The position numbers and the translations under genes were made by a program. DNA of 64,000 bases from Bugula neritina (taxonomy: Eukaryota; Animalia; Bryozoa), in assembly GCA_964035545.1 (NCBI GenBank), contig OZ037771.1, forward strand, positions 13,639,133 through 13,703,132. The letters are read 5' to 3'. The notes beneath the pieces are model-generated. The model saw only the letters and a list, made by a program, of their open reading frames with translations. It ran no database searches and had not been told where the DNA came from. Below, piece by piece: positions 1 through 14,200 of the stretch; positions within the stretch are counted from its first letter, which is position 1, and each line of letters starts with the position of its first letter.

Positions 1-1208
1 ATTACAATTTCAAAGGTATATTCAAGCTTAATTACTGTTTTACCACAAGCTTTAACTAGCTAGCTGATTTTTTGTTTGTTATATATTGTGTATATTATGT
101 AGTATATACTGTTACTAAAATCAAACACATATCTCAGATATTGTTTTGTACTGTAGAGGAACAGCCATATAAAACAGACATTATAATTATATAGCTAGGT
201 CAACTATCCAGTGAATTATAATAATCACTATAAACAATAAGGATATTTATTACATATTCAAGCATTATAGGGGGCTGCTTTCAAGTTGCTACTATAGCTA
301 ACAAACCACACCTAATTTCTGATAGAGAAGTTATTTTAATAATAGGTAGTTATTGTAACATAAGTTATTTAGCCAAATTAAATAAAAATCATCATGTTGC
401 AAAAATGACTGTATCATTAAAACATCGCAGTTTTTTGCAATCAATGTACGTATTAGCAAAGATTTATCAATTTTTATTTAATATAAAAGAAGCTTACATT
501 TGTTGACAGTAATTTAAACTTCTCTATCAACTATAGAACGCCCTGCTTTTTGCTATCATTTTGCTGTCATTCCATTATAACAATGCTGCCAATAAGCACA
601 CACTCAGATGTCTTTACTGTCAGCCTAAATTCAGGTACATGTCATTTAGAAGCTCAGCTCCTGCTGTCCTTTTCTTTACACAAACCACTAATACAGGGTT
701 GTGTTTAGTAAAATTTAAATCTAAATGATAGCACTTCCACAAGTTGACTAGGTACAGAAGTTATAATAATAAGCATAATAATCTGTATTTAATTACTTGA
801 ATAATATGATTATCTTATATACTTTGGTATCTAGGAGCTCCTTATAGATGTTGAAAAGATTTGGTGGTTCAGGGCATTGTTTTTGCTTTTAATAACAACT
901 TGTTGAGAATCATAAAGTTTAAGGTTCATGAAGTTAACAAATTTTTTATAACTAATACTTATAACCTCAGGTATGTTTACAACTTACCAGAAATAAATTT
1001 ATTTTAAAACTTGAGCATTCAGCTATTTATTATATTCAAGAGTAATTAGTAATTAATAATACTAATACAACAGCAAAATAGACTTGGTAGTAATAGCTAG
1101 TTTGCATAGGCAAAAACTAAGTGTTAGAATATTGAAAGCCACGAATAATGCATTTATCTACAACGACATGGAAAGCATGCAATCTTGTGGGTGAGTACAA
1201 TGTTAGCA

Positions 1209-4200
1209 CTACTGAAGAACTAAAGTTACTGCCTGTTCAAGATGGTCCATCCTTGCTTGTATTATTCTGAAAAGGAAAGTTGAAAAGGTGTTGTCAAAGG
1301 ATGAAATGTAATTGCAGACATTTAGTGCACATTATCATTAAATAAATCAGCATGATATATCAACAATTTTAACCAAACCTACTTTATACAAAATTTCAAT
1401 AGCGTGAAAAGTTCAATTCACATTGAATTAAATCATGTGCTAACAAAATTATTGTTGGAAGTTACAAGAGTTGGGAAAGCTTTTCCCTAATTCATTATAG
1501 CTTTTCATGTATCATCACAGCTATATCAGCTATAATATTATGTTTTTTTCTATACACTCATATTATAGCTAACCTTTTTGACTGCAGGTATAAAAACCCA
1601 ATATTTTCACTTATATTTACACTTGCAACTTGCAACTATGCACTTATAACTTATGATGCGTAACAGTTTTTTCACATTGCTATTTCTTTTTATTTTGGCA
1701 CAATGAATAATTCTATATGCCAAAAACACAACAATTATAATTATGTATTTATAATAATGCATTAATTAGTTGATCCTAATTAAAGTAAAATTCAAAAATA
1801 TCTTTATTTACAAAAATTTAGAAATATTTTGTGAATTAAATTACTTAACATTTGAAATGCAACTTACGGAGGTTGGTGAGAAATGACGTAAATCTCCAGA
1901 GTTTTCATTATTTCAGTCTCATTTATTTTTCTCCTCAGTTTTCGAGAAAGACGATCTGAAATTGTTTGTGTGTTGGAAGGGTATGTTATGTTGGTTGGCC
2001 AATGAAGACTCAAAATACCATCATAACAGGTAAATTCCTGTCCCATATCAGCAGAAACAGTACAATCTGCCAAGAAAATAATATAATATGAATAAAATAT
2101 GTCAAATAAAACACCCCTGAGTGATAGTTGTGAAATTATATAATTATATTTAGTTTGATGTGGTGCATAGAAAATACTTGAAGTTAAAGGCCAGGAGCAA
2201 AATTTAACCTAGGAGCAACAAATCGAATTTTCTTGTTGCAGTCTATGAACGTTTGTGCTGTCAACATTATATGTGTACCATGCAGTTAATTATACAATCA
2301 CCCTTAGTTGATTTTATATAATGTTTAATAAATGTATTTACTCTGGTAAACAACTAACACATCAGAAATATATTTACAGCTAGAGATGATGTCATTACCT
2401 TTTCCACAGATACTTTGAAACTGATGGCTTCTCATCTGCATTATAGACCTCAGCATAAACACTCCATATTCATTCTGATTTATTATGTTGCAATCCATAA
2501 AATACTGAGCATTAAACACCAGTTTTTTTACTTCTGTGAATCCTACAACAGTGAGTTAGTTGGCCTGTTACAGCTGTTGTTTTATACGTTGCAAATTTAT
2601 CACTAAAAAACTATTTGTCCTATTTGTTATAAATATAGTAAATCACGAAAATTCAATTTTGTGTTTACTTTGAAATATTCACGATATTGCAAGTCATATA
2701 AATTAACTAAAAGTATATTGCTACCCATTAGCTATTTTAAATTCTTTTTGTTAAATACATTCACATATATTAATATATAATAATGAGATTATTAGATAAC
2801 GGAATTGTTTTTATACGCTGTTTACTTGTTTTGCTAAATTAGAGTCTATAGGGAAAATAAAATAAAACCAATAATGTATCATAATATGCAGTTATAGAAG
2901 TTATGTTATGCAACAATACGTAGAGCCTATAATATATATTAGCATAAAGCATAATATTAGCTTATGGTAAACAGTATAATAAAAGTACAAATAATATTCA
3001 GTGTTTCGATGTGTGAGTAAGCCCTGTGGTGTAATGGCAAGCCAAAGGTTTGAGGCTCAATTCCCAGCAAGGAAAATGCTATTGTTCTTAATAGAAGGAG
3101 TTGATATAAACTAGTACCTACAAAACATAATGATATACAAAGATCTATACTTACTCTTTACTATAATGTGGTAGATGCACATTATGGAGTTGTGTTCTGT
3201 TATTTGTCGGTAAACACCTTCTGGAAATCTTTTATATCTTCCATCTTCCAGCGGAACTGATACTTTATTGCTGGAAACTGGCAAGTAGTAAGTTTTGTTC
3301 ATGTTTGGACACTCTTCAGGGACACTAGTAGACGTACCGGTACTTCCTGGCAAGTTTTCGCTGCCTGTAATATTAATACAAATAAATATTAGTCAAAAAT
3401 TACCAAACACAATTAGATGATAAGAATTTCATATATGGTCTTATGAATAAAATATAAACGTAAAGTGAAACCAATATATGAAAAAAATTTAAAAAACTGA
3501 AACCAAAGTCTTTTGAGATTTTTGTAAAATATAATTTGAATTGAATCACATGATTTTTTTTAAACATAAACAGAAAGAAAAGATAAAATTAAAAGTTTTT
3601 GGAGCAAAGCAACGTCTTATTTTCTGCTATTTTAGGACTTGCAAATTCTCAGACACTTTATATTAACTTTTGTAAAACAATTTTAAGAAAATTTCAACTA
3701 TAGTTGATTATCCAAACCTTTTTATACAAATAAGTATATTAGCTGACAAAATAAATTGGTAAGTTACTTTAGCAATGACATAGCTAAAGTATTAATAATT
3801 TGTATAACTGTAGCAGTTCACAAAATAGTATATGTCAATAGTTTGCAACCCTCTACTGTTGTAAATGTAAAAATTTCATTTTAACTATATATGAAGCTGT
3901 TTTTACAAAGTTTGAGTTTTTACTTTAATACTAAATTAAATAATTTTCTCAAATAATTTGCACAGCTAATTATTTTGAATAAAATTGCATTCTTTTATAA
4001 TTCAACATCTTCAATCCACATTGAACTTTTCAACAGAGTATTTCAAGTGTAATGACACAATATTAAATATATTACTATAATAAATTTGTTGTTATTAATT
4101 GTTGTTTATTTGTACAACAATAATTATTATTAGACAAATAAGCAAACTTATGCAAACAAATGTCAAGTTTCTACTGTAGAGAAGCTCCAACAAACTATTG

Positions 4201-7200
4201 CATAATCTTTGAATGAGCGCCAATTTAAAAGCTTATCAGGTAATTCAAATAAACAAGCAGAAACTAACCCCAGTTTGGCTAAAATCAATTTAATAAAATC
4301 TAATACTCTGATAGTAAATGTACAGCTCAGTAAGAAATTTGAATAAACATTTTTTGTAAACCCAGCAGTGCTTCATACCTTTGACGGTGACGTAGAACAC
4401 ACAAGCTGCAGATCTGTATGTAGTCTCCAGTCTGTAAAACCCTTCAGGGAGTTCCGCCACATGACCGTCTGTCAACTCTACCTCCACTGTCAGCTGGTCG
4501 GGTAGCAGCATGGTTGTGATGTTCCTGTGGGGGCAGGGTAAGTTGTCACCTACAATGGTAGAACACAACTCCTCATAATGCACACATTTTTTACTAATGG
4601 TGTAGTAAGAGTTTGGTGAAATACACAATATTACATAATGCATTACATAATATATTAGGCATTCATATTTTATAAATAAAGCTGCTTTTAGGTGTCTTTA
4701 CTTTAAAGAGTTTAGTAAAAATTATATTTGCTGGTTGCCTTGCATTGTAAAGCTTACCAATTAAAATTATTATCTTTTGGCCACTGCATCAGCATAATTT
4801 TAGAATACAGCAAAATTAATAAATCACTACACTTTTAGCCTCTAACTATTATTTTGCAGGTTTGACAAGAAAGTGCAAATAAAACTTTTAAATTTTATTA
4901 TTTCAGCTGCCTTTCTCCAGTATTGTAATTTGCTTTAAAGTTCTCAAAAGCATCAGCTATTCATGTATTTTTATTATTCAGTTATAAATTTTAGCAGATT
5001 GGATTTTAATCAAAGTTTAGTAAAGTTATGAAAGAAAAACTATATTTTCACAAAAGTACAAATGCACCTTTAAGGGTTTTAAGATGTGGCCACTTTTGGA
5101 TATGCAGAATGAAGGATAGAAAGACAAATCCAATAAAAAGGATTTTTGAATAATAATAAATTCTAAGAATTTATAACAGCGTCAATCATATTATTAGGTG
5201 TAGGGGAGGGGCATATACTAAAGGTTACCACACAACTTATTTCTGTCTGCTATATAGATGTTATGCAACAAGTACATAAGTCTCTCAGCTTGTAACTAGA
5301 AAATTACAGTAGTTGAGCTCAGAATTTGCGGAGTAGGTTATAAAGGCTACCTAAAGCATCAATGAAAATATTAAAAGGAGAAACAGCTGCAATATTGGCT
5401 GCTCAAACTTACAATTTACGTACACATAAGTTTATTTTATTGGGCGTAATGTAAGCCTCAACTTACCGTGTGTTTCTGATATATGGAGGGCTTGTAGTCA
5501 GAATTATTCTTTATAGTATTTCAAAAAATTATATTTGTCTATTGAATTTAGTTAAATTACATTAATTATAACTTTGCATAAAGTATATTTGTCAATGAAT
5601 CTCAACTTTTCAACTTAATGTTGCACAGTCAAAGTGGTGAGTTTAGACACATCACACAAGCAAATCTAGACAACTATAATAGTGAATTTGATAAAATTAT
5701 ATACTAGTAATTTGGCTATTACTACTTCTGGCTACAAGTAAACAAGAGAATGCAAATCTCAAAATTATTATGGGTTTGGAGATTGGTTGCTGTTAAATGC
5801 CTTATGAATAAAGGCTGGAATGCAGTCATATCCCATAGCTATAAGTGATACCAATTAAAAATATAAATAACTTTTAACACATCACGTACCTGTCAGTTTG
5901 TATATAGAAGTAGTTAGCCCCACATAAATAGCATTGTCAACCACCAAGATGGAATTTGGTGTACTTTGAAATTCACTCCCATCGTAACATTGTATCTCTC
6001 CATAGAAACATACCGGAAGCACTTTTTTACCAGTAGTATCAATCAACCTGAGTCTTCTCTCTCCATAATCAACCACCACAAAAAGGTCCTTTTGAATTGC
6101 TTTGATCTCATTGAGATAGGATAATTCAGCTATCTCAAAATCACCATTCAAATTACCTGGATACGTTTCACCGACTAGCTTCTTGTTGGTGATATTACCA
6201 GTGAAAGACCAGCTGAGTTGAGAAATGTAGTAATAATGATTAGCTACAAGCAGCTGATCTCCTGCCCAGGCCATACCTCTTGGTTGGCTCAAACCAGATT
6301 GTATGATTGTAGTTACAACTCCAGTCTCAATATCTACGGATCTAACGGCATTGTTCGTGTCATCTGTTACCAAAAGCTTTCCTGGATTTCTGGCATCTAA
6401 TAGCAGTTCTCTTGGACCACCAAAGCGAGCAACACCTACTGGTCCATCAGCAAAACCTCTGGAATTATAAGTTCCCGCCAGCAATCGAATGGTTGTAGTA
6501 TTTCTTTCCAGTATTTTTATGCATCCTTTGTCATATTCGGTGATGGCTAGATGGGTTCTGTTAATTTGTGTAAAGCTAGTAGCAAAGATTAACTGAATGA
6601 TGATTTCATTACTTGTGCCGTCTGTGGATATCAGGTGAGGCCACGAACTGACTAAGATACTTCTGCAGTCGTCCTTGAAGAGGTCAACTTCCATATGATC
6701 AACTGCATAGTTCATTGTCGTGTACAAGTTATAATTGTTGAAAGTCACACTGAAATATTTATTCATTATTATGCATTTTCAGATTAATTACTAAGAAAAG
6801 CTTTTTAAAGGTATGTAATATGGTCATTGAAAGAGAAAGCAGGCTTGGTCCAGCGGTTAAAGCACTTACTTGCCTGGCAAACGCAAGGTTAGTGGTTTGA
6901 TTAGTACTATAACAATCATGATACTATACAGGAAGAGCATTCAGACATATTTGCAATGGTAATAAGATTTCATTTGTAATTAAAAAAGAAAATTGGTTTT
7001 TATCTGGGGCATTCACAGGAATGGTGACTATTGTAAAAATTTTGCCCCTGCCAGGATTTGAACCACAGACCTCTGGCTTGCAAACAAGTGTGCTTAACCA
7101 TTACACCACAAGGGCAGCTAGGTTAACTCAGCACTACAACTTTAAAACTGGACAAATTTTTAAAGTATATTGATCATCAAAATGGCTCCAGTTTATTTTA

Positions 7201-7621
7201 CATCTGTTGTCAAAAGTTTTAGAATCTACTGTGTGTATAGAATATAAACTCAAACTGATATGCACCAGTACTTGCAGTATTATGACATTGCATGGTCTTA
7301 TTTTAGACTTTAAAAACACAACAGCTAATGGTTCTAAGACCTGTTTCAAGATATTGAGATTTGAGAATGCCAGGGAATATTATTTATTTTAGAATTTAGA
7401 TAATCTAACACTCACTCTTTATGATAAATAATAACTCACCCAGTTTCCTGGTCAGATGTTATCTGCATTGGACAACCAAGTGCAATCTGGAAACAAACAC
7501 AAATTGATCATATATAGCATGCAAGTTGTGTATTAAGAATATTTCAAAATGTATTAATATTAGTTAATTTATAATAAATTATAATTGTACTTACTGCTAT
7601 GAATAACCAATAGTTCGTCAT
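1209..7621 (-). CDS. Paralog 1: secreted NHL beta-propeller + 2 HYR-like + Cys-rich C-terminal domain (571 aa, last exon truncated). Exons 7595-7621, 7440-7486, 5890-6749, 4379-4549, 3155-3364, 2399-2542, 1868-2066, 1209-1266
   Basis: All junctions are GT-AG with intron phases 0,2,1,1,1,1,2, and the total of 1716 nt keeps frame. Signal-like start MTNYWLFIAIALGCPMQ. NHL motifs LAGTYNSRGFADGPVGVARFGGPRELLLD and LLVTDDTNNAVRSVD. HYR-like CPHRNIT...LPEGFY...CVFYVTVK and CPNMNKT...FPEGVY...CIYHIIVK. Last exon IIQARMDHLEQAVTLVLQ* is less certain. Confidence 0.8.
7043..7115 (-). mobile_element. tRNA-derived repeat, family A
   Basis: Reverse complement GCCCTTGTGGTGTAATGGTTAAGCACACTTGTTTGCAAGCCAGAGGTCTGTGGTTCAAATCCTGGCAGGGGCA aligns to 11073-11143. 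Confidence 0.6.
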
Positions 7622-8357
7622 TTTCTCTCTCAGTAAACTAGCCTGCTTTAGTAGGAGCTAGAATAACTAGTCTCTTCACGCCTCTAAGCTTTGGGTGAAG
7701 TGAAAGGTATAATTACATGCACTGACATACTTACAGCTTAGGGGTACTGCGTAGTCCATAGCTCGGATTCTTTGTAAAAGCCAGATGTTAGTAAATATAT
7801 TTGATGCCCAAAGGCTATTTTTTCGCTGTTGAAAAGCCAGAAAACCAAGCTTTGTATTAAACAATGGGCTACTATAATTGTTGGTTGTATACTTTTAGGA
7901 ATAGCACGTGCTTTATCACTCCAGAAATTAGCTCTTTGTGTACTCAACCGTGCTTCTTTAACAATGAAGTCATTGGTAGGGAAAACTAATGTAGAAGCAT
8001 TTTCCTTTGCATATCTTACTGGCTAATTTTTAAGTTTACTACTTTTTCCTAAGAGTATATGAGTGTTCTACCAAATTTTCTAATATTTGTCTAGAATTTA
8101 AATAGTCAAAAACCTTCAAATTTGTTTAATACTAACCAATTTGAATAAATTTAAACACATTTTATTGCAAGAAAATATGGCAGCTAGAGCTACAAGCTTC
8201 TAAGTAGCCAATATTGCGACAGTGAAGTGAATTGTACATTTAGGTATCTAGAAAAGCAACAAAAAGTAAAAAACATGAAATCATTTTATGTCCACTTGAA
8301 ACAGCATTATTTTAACACAAATAAGTTGTAAATCATCATCAAGTCTTTATAAAAGTT

Positions 8358-9350
8358 TTAGGCAGCACACATAATGCTTTTCTGAGCAGCTTGTGACTAA
8401 TCAGCACAAGTTGGTAGCAGCACTAGTAGAATCATTTTCCTTCAGAGTTTTTCTTAGCTGATATTAATCTACAAATAAATATTACATAATAATATATTAT
8501 TATTCTATAGCTTTATGGCCCTGCACATATCTTTTTATATTTTAGATGTTAACTCGCAGATCTAATACAATCATAAGAATTCATTCATGCATGAAAGTTG
8601 TTAACTGACCGTTAAATGGTTACTGCATGGTAAGTTTTAGTTGATGCAAATCTATAAATACAGTAGCATTACATTGATGAGAAGTCACTTTAAAGCAAAA
8701 ATGGCATACTGCAGGTAATAATGGCGCAAGTGGCAAACTAAGTAAAATGGCACGTTTTTAATATTGTAAGGTTTGGGGTAAAAGTTTGGAATCAGGGTTT
8801 GAAGTTTAAAGTTTGAGGGTTTGGGGTTTTGGAAAATTTAGTATCAGTTTTTGATGTTTATTTAATTTCAATTTGTGTCATTATATTACCTGTGTCATTT
8901 TCACCTGTGCAAATTTCACGAGTGCGATTTTTACCTAAAACTGAGTGTACAGCATTTTGTACATAACTTACCATTAAATACTTTAATATAAAGCTGACAC
9001 AAGTAACGGCTTTATAGGAATTGCAGCCATGAATCTTATGGCAGGTTATATTTCAATTTTCAAGTTAATTAAGTACGGGGAAGTGTAAAAAGAACTCAAA
9101 GCTCCAGAATTTTCATTAAGGTAGTGGTGACTGGATATAACTTATCAGTTGGCCAGTGAATAGTTAGCATGTCATTAGTACAGTTGTAGAAAGGAACAAT
9201 ATCAGCAGGTAATTCACAATCTAAATAATAATTATAGAGGACATTGAAAGAGGAATGTAGAAGTCATGTAGGTATTTTGTTTTGTAAGCACTTAAACGGA
9301 GAAGATAATCACATACCTTGAGCACAAATACTCTGTAACTGTTGTTGTTT
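8358..9350 (-). pseudogene. Decayed duplicate of the last three exons (and the intron between the first two) of paralog 2
   Basis: 9317-9350 matches the end of exon 12111-12254 (QQLQSICAQ), and the intron 9221-9316 resembles 12016-12110. 9077-9220 matches exon 11817-12015 but has an internal deletion, an in-frame TGA and a damaged donor. 8358-8468 matches the last exon with a 1-nt deletion (GAGAAA to GGAAA) and a GAG to TAG change. Confidence 0.85.
8697..8937. mobile_element. MITE-like repeat of the GGTAAAATGGCACA family, inside the decayed 3' duplicate
   Basis: CAGGTAATAATGGCGCAA and AGTAAAATGGCAC on the left, TGTGTCATTTTCACCTG on the right, and a GGGTTT-rich centre. Confidence 0.5.
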
Positions 9351-11072
9351 CTGTATAATTATAAATTACTATTAAATATAGCTCTAGTAATTACAAACTT
9401 ATACGAAAGGTCTACGTTTAGATAATATTAAGTTTCAAAAGACTGTAAAGACTATTTTAACTTGTTGCTGAGTTTTCATTCTACTTCATAAAGTAAATAA
9501 AAACAACCAAAACTTATGAAAAACATTTAAATAAAATAAGACAAATATTATTTTGGATATAAAAATTTAAAATTATATTATATATTTTATTTTCCTACTT
9601 AGCCAGAATTATCCTCAGAGCAGCTGCCTTCATTCTAAACTGTAAAAGTTGATAAGCTTATTGAGAAAAATTAAATTACTAATGGAACTATAACTTGAAA
9701 GATTGGAATTAGCAGTAATGACTTGCACAAACAGTTATGCAGCTTGTCTTTTGTAGAATGAATCAATAATAATTTATATATAATTTTCCTGCCTGCATAT
9801 ATCTTCAGGGGTAATATTAACTATTGGGTGTTGAGATAATATAATAATCATTCTATTCTATTAGATATAACATAACAAATCTTTACTCAGATGCAAACAC
9901 TGCAATAACAGATCAATTCCTCTATTATGTAACATATTGCAACATTAAAGTGTCTAAATTTATATGAAAACAATTTCAAAAGCAACTTGTTATTAGCAAC
10001 TTTAAAAGTCAATTAGTATTGCCAGTTGGTTGGCAGCAAATGGTTTGGCATTAGTTTTAGAAAGGAAACATTTCCTCGAGGCTGTTTCGTAATTTTGATT
10101 ATTTTTAATAAAATTTATTTTCTCAGCAAAACAAATATTAACTTTACACCATGACATACACATATCATATTATATTAAGAATGTGACTTTAAAATAAATT
10201 ACCTAATAGTAGGAAGCCTAGCTCTTAATAAAAAACGTATTTTCAAAACGTAATAATAAAGTTTAGAACCAGACAAACCAATAAGATTGATTATAGCTGC
10301 ATAATTTTATACAAATAACATTTTATAATATATAGGTATAGTTGGTGGAAAATGATTTATATCAACTAGTTAATGTATAGTTCTAACAGCCTTCTATGCA
10401 AACTGAGAGAAATATCAATTAAAGTTACACTAGTAGAATTTGTGAAACTCTGATAGTTTATACATTAGCCCAGGGTCACATGAAAAGCTGATAATTTATG
10501 GCCTAACAGTTGCTGTTCTTTTGGTAAAGTTAGGCTCTTTTGGAAAAGTACATTTGAAATTTTTATTGTGACAAAACCTTAAAAGTAACACATTATTTTA
10601 CTGAAGCAATTTAATTCACTTCTTGTAAAACTATATGATAATATTATAGAAACACTTTCACAATACAAACAAGAATCTAATACATAGATGATGATTATTG
10701 CTTACTTTATAACAGTTCATGGAGTAAAACCTGAGAATTTAAAAGGCTAAAAACAATTATATAACCAATATCCATGTGCATAGTTAGAAGACAACACCCT
10801 ATAAAATAAGTATAAAATTTGTAGATTGGTTTGAACCATGTGTCCCTATCCCATTGGGTTTCGGTAAATTTCTTGCTATAGTTTTCATCGTATCTGCAAT
10901 GCTTTGTATCCACTGAAAATAAATGTTTAACCATAGAACATCAAAAACATACGTTGCCATCTGACAAACAGAAATATAATTTGGTTATCTTGGAAAAACA
11001 GTAAAACGATGGTAAGTTTGATTACACTCAAGTTTCCGGCAGTATTTAATGTAGTGTTGAGTTTACCCAGTG

Positions 11073-11143
11073 GCCTCTGTGGTGTAATGGTAGCACACTT
11101 GCTTGCAAGCCAGAAGACTCGGGTTCGATTCCCAGTGGTGGCA
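11073..11143 (+). mobile_element. tRNA-derived repeat (SINE head or tRNA pseudogene), family A
   Basis: A box TGGTGTAATGG and B box GGTTCGATTCC with imperfect stems. Diverged copies at 7043-7115 (-), 3021-3075 (+, deleted) and ~26180-26212. Confidence 0.6.
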
Positions 11144-11276
11144 ATTATTTTACACTTAAGCATATCCAAGTGTGTGATTAAGATAGTCTCTTAAAATATG
11201 TTACATAAAACTAAAATTTAAAGATTCCAAGAAATTGTAAATGTAACAGACAAAGACCTTGAAAGCAGATGATAAC

Positions 11277-14200
11277 TTATGAGTGGCACGTGTTCATCTG
11301 GGCAACTTTTGACTCATCAGCGCAAGTTGGTAGCAGCACTAGTTGAATCATTTTCTCTTCAGAGTTCTTCTTAGCTGATATTAACCTACAAATACAAATT
11401 ATGTTATGAAATATACAATTATAATGTATTTATAGTCATACAAAGACATTGCTTTGTTCATTATAAGTAAATATAAAGTTTGTTTATTGTCTGCTGAAAA
11501 ACTAATATGTAAATAAAAAACGGCAAAAATTGGAACCTAGCATGCAAATCTAAAAAAACTTCATTTGAAATTTATAACGCTGATAAAAATGCTTTAGCAT
11601 AAATTATAAATAATAATTGTGTGTGATTGTTTAGAAAATTTATATTCATCAGTGCTTAGAAAAATATGTTTTGCTTTGAAACTATGCAAAATGTTTTGAC
11701 TAGATGTTTTTGAGTATAATAGAAATTGTTTGCATGTTTCATTTTGAAGAAAGCCTCAAATTTGAACAAAACTTATCACTGCAGAGATATGTTTGTAAAT
11801 GTCTATGCACACTTACGGAGGAAAGTTGAATGGAATGTACAGCTCAAGACTTTTCAAGATGGCAGACTGGGCAAGTCTTTGGTTGAGTTGATTAGTCAGA
11901 TCAGCTGGAGGTAGAGCAGTGGTGGCTGGATATAACTTATCAGTTGGCCAGTGAACGGTTAGTATGTCATTAGTACAGTTGTAGAAAGGATCAATCTCAG
12001 CAGGTAGTTCACAATCTAAATAAAATTATACAGGGCAGTGTAGGAGGAATGTAGAAGTCATGTAGGTATTTTGTTTGGTAAGCACTTAAACAGAGGAGAT
12101 AATCACATACTTTGAGCACAAATACTCTGTAACTGTTGTTTCCTTTGTTTAAATATAGATCTCAGCATAAGCCTGCTGTAATCATTGAAGTCTACAGCAT
12201 CACATGATGCTTGATAGTCTGTTTTGAATGACAATCTCTTCTGATTCAATGGCGCTAAAAATAAAATCAGAGTTATTATTACTTTGAAATCAATTAAAAA
12301 ATAAAACAATTAAATCACAAAAACTAGATAAGTACATACTAAATGTAATGAAATTAGCAGTAGGCTTTGTATTAAAATCTACAAAGAAAATTGGCATGGA
12401 ACCAGTTGCTAAAAGTTCAAAGTGAGATTGTGACTTAAGGGTAACCACTTACTTTCTACATGAACATGATAAATACAAGTTTTGGAGTTGTATTCTTCCG
12501 CCATTCGGAAAACACCTTCTGGGAAACCTCTCCACACACTTTTACCAGAGATAGTGACATTTACAGCAACTGATAACAGATGGGGTGATCTGAAAGAGGT
12601 GATATTCTTATATGTGCATTCCGGAGCCAAATTAAACCAGGAGTCGTGGTGTTTTGGTTCACTTCCTGTAGTGGAAATTAAAGTCAAGAATCAAAGGGTG
12701 GCTACATAGCATTATACTGTAACCTTAACCAAAACCATCTGAAGATAAGAATAGTGTAGAAAAACATGAGAATGGTAAATTATTTTGCAAGAGAGAGATA
12801 TAACCAGAACATAATTAAAATATTATTTTTTTTAATTTATTTACGTACTCTTACTTAGTTAAAATTTTATCTTAATCTTATTTTTTTGTTTATACTCACT
12901 TTTTACTACAACATGATAAACACACATTTCCAAGTTATACATCTTTTTCATTTTGTAAACTCCCTCAGGAAAATTTACAAAGTAACCGTCCAGTAATTCA
13001 ACTCGTGCTGTGGTTTCGCCAGGAGCCAGAGTGGCACTAATGTTCTTGTAGGGGCATCTTAAGTTGCTCACTAAAAGGAGCAAATGAGCTGTGATAAGCA
13101 AGTATATACGACTATAGACATTGTTCATAGTATAAGCAGTAGGTATAGTATGAGTAGACATCACTGACTTGATCCTAGACCTTACAATAAGTCTAATTTA
13201 AGTATCATTCTAATTCATGCAATAGAGCTCATAAGAAACATATACTTTTAGCGAAATACTATGCAAATTTGCTTTTTTGCCAATTTTGTGTTTTTTGCTG
13301 CAAAATCTTGTTAATAGTATAAAGCCCAAGTAAATTTAAGGCTGATACACAATTGCATATTGTACTATAAAATTTGCGCAGGAGTTATATGAAATAGTTT
13401 AAAACTTACAACTTAATTTGTAAATAGTGTTCTCTGTTCCTACATAAACTTCCTCTTTGATGTTCAGTATAGACAAGAGACCTGATGGAAATAGACTGCT
13501 CGAACCACAAAACTCCTCTCCTTTAAAGCACACAGGGTCAACGACTTGCTTCCTCAAATCTAGTAACTTCAGCTTCTTGTTCCCATAATCTGTGACCAGA
13601 TACAACTTGCCTCGGAAATTTGTCATTTCGTGGAGACTTTGGAATTTAGCTATGTTGAATCCACCATCTTTATCTCCAGCTGATGTTGAGCCAATCCACT
13701 TGTTGCTTCTAACTCCACCAGCTCCATTCCACCAAATCTTGGTTATGTAATGATGGTAATTGGCAACTAGAAGAAAATCTCCGACCCAGATCAGCCCTTG
13801 AGGTCCACTAAATCTGATCTTGTATACTGTCCTGAGCATTCTTGTCTTCAAGTCCACAGATCTTAGTGCATGGTTGTACATATCTGTAACTAAAATTCTT
13901 TCAGGGTTTCTTTTGTCAACCACAACTCCATAAGGATAATTGAATGTTCCATCACCAAAACCTCCATCAGAAAAACCACTGCTGCCGCAAGTTCCTGCCA
14001 GGATATGTGGAACATTATCCTTCCTATTGAGAATTCGAACGCAATGATCATCATGATCAACTAGAACTATGTGAGTTTTGTTGACTTGTGTAAAGCCAGT
14101 GGCAAATATTAAAGTTGATAGAATAGAGGTACTGTAGCCATTTGTGGTGAACAGATGTGGCCATGAGCCAACCAGGAGATGAGTACAGTTGTCATAGTAT

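Noticed and set aside
560-720. Alternative terminal exon for paralog 1
   Set aside because: All frames hit stops, and none gives the C-x-D...Y-D...C family ending.
11073-11143. Functional tRNA gene
   Set aside because: The acceptor, anticodon and T stems have mismatches, and several diverged copies exist, so it is better explained as a tRNA-derived repeat.
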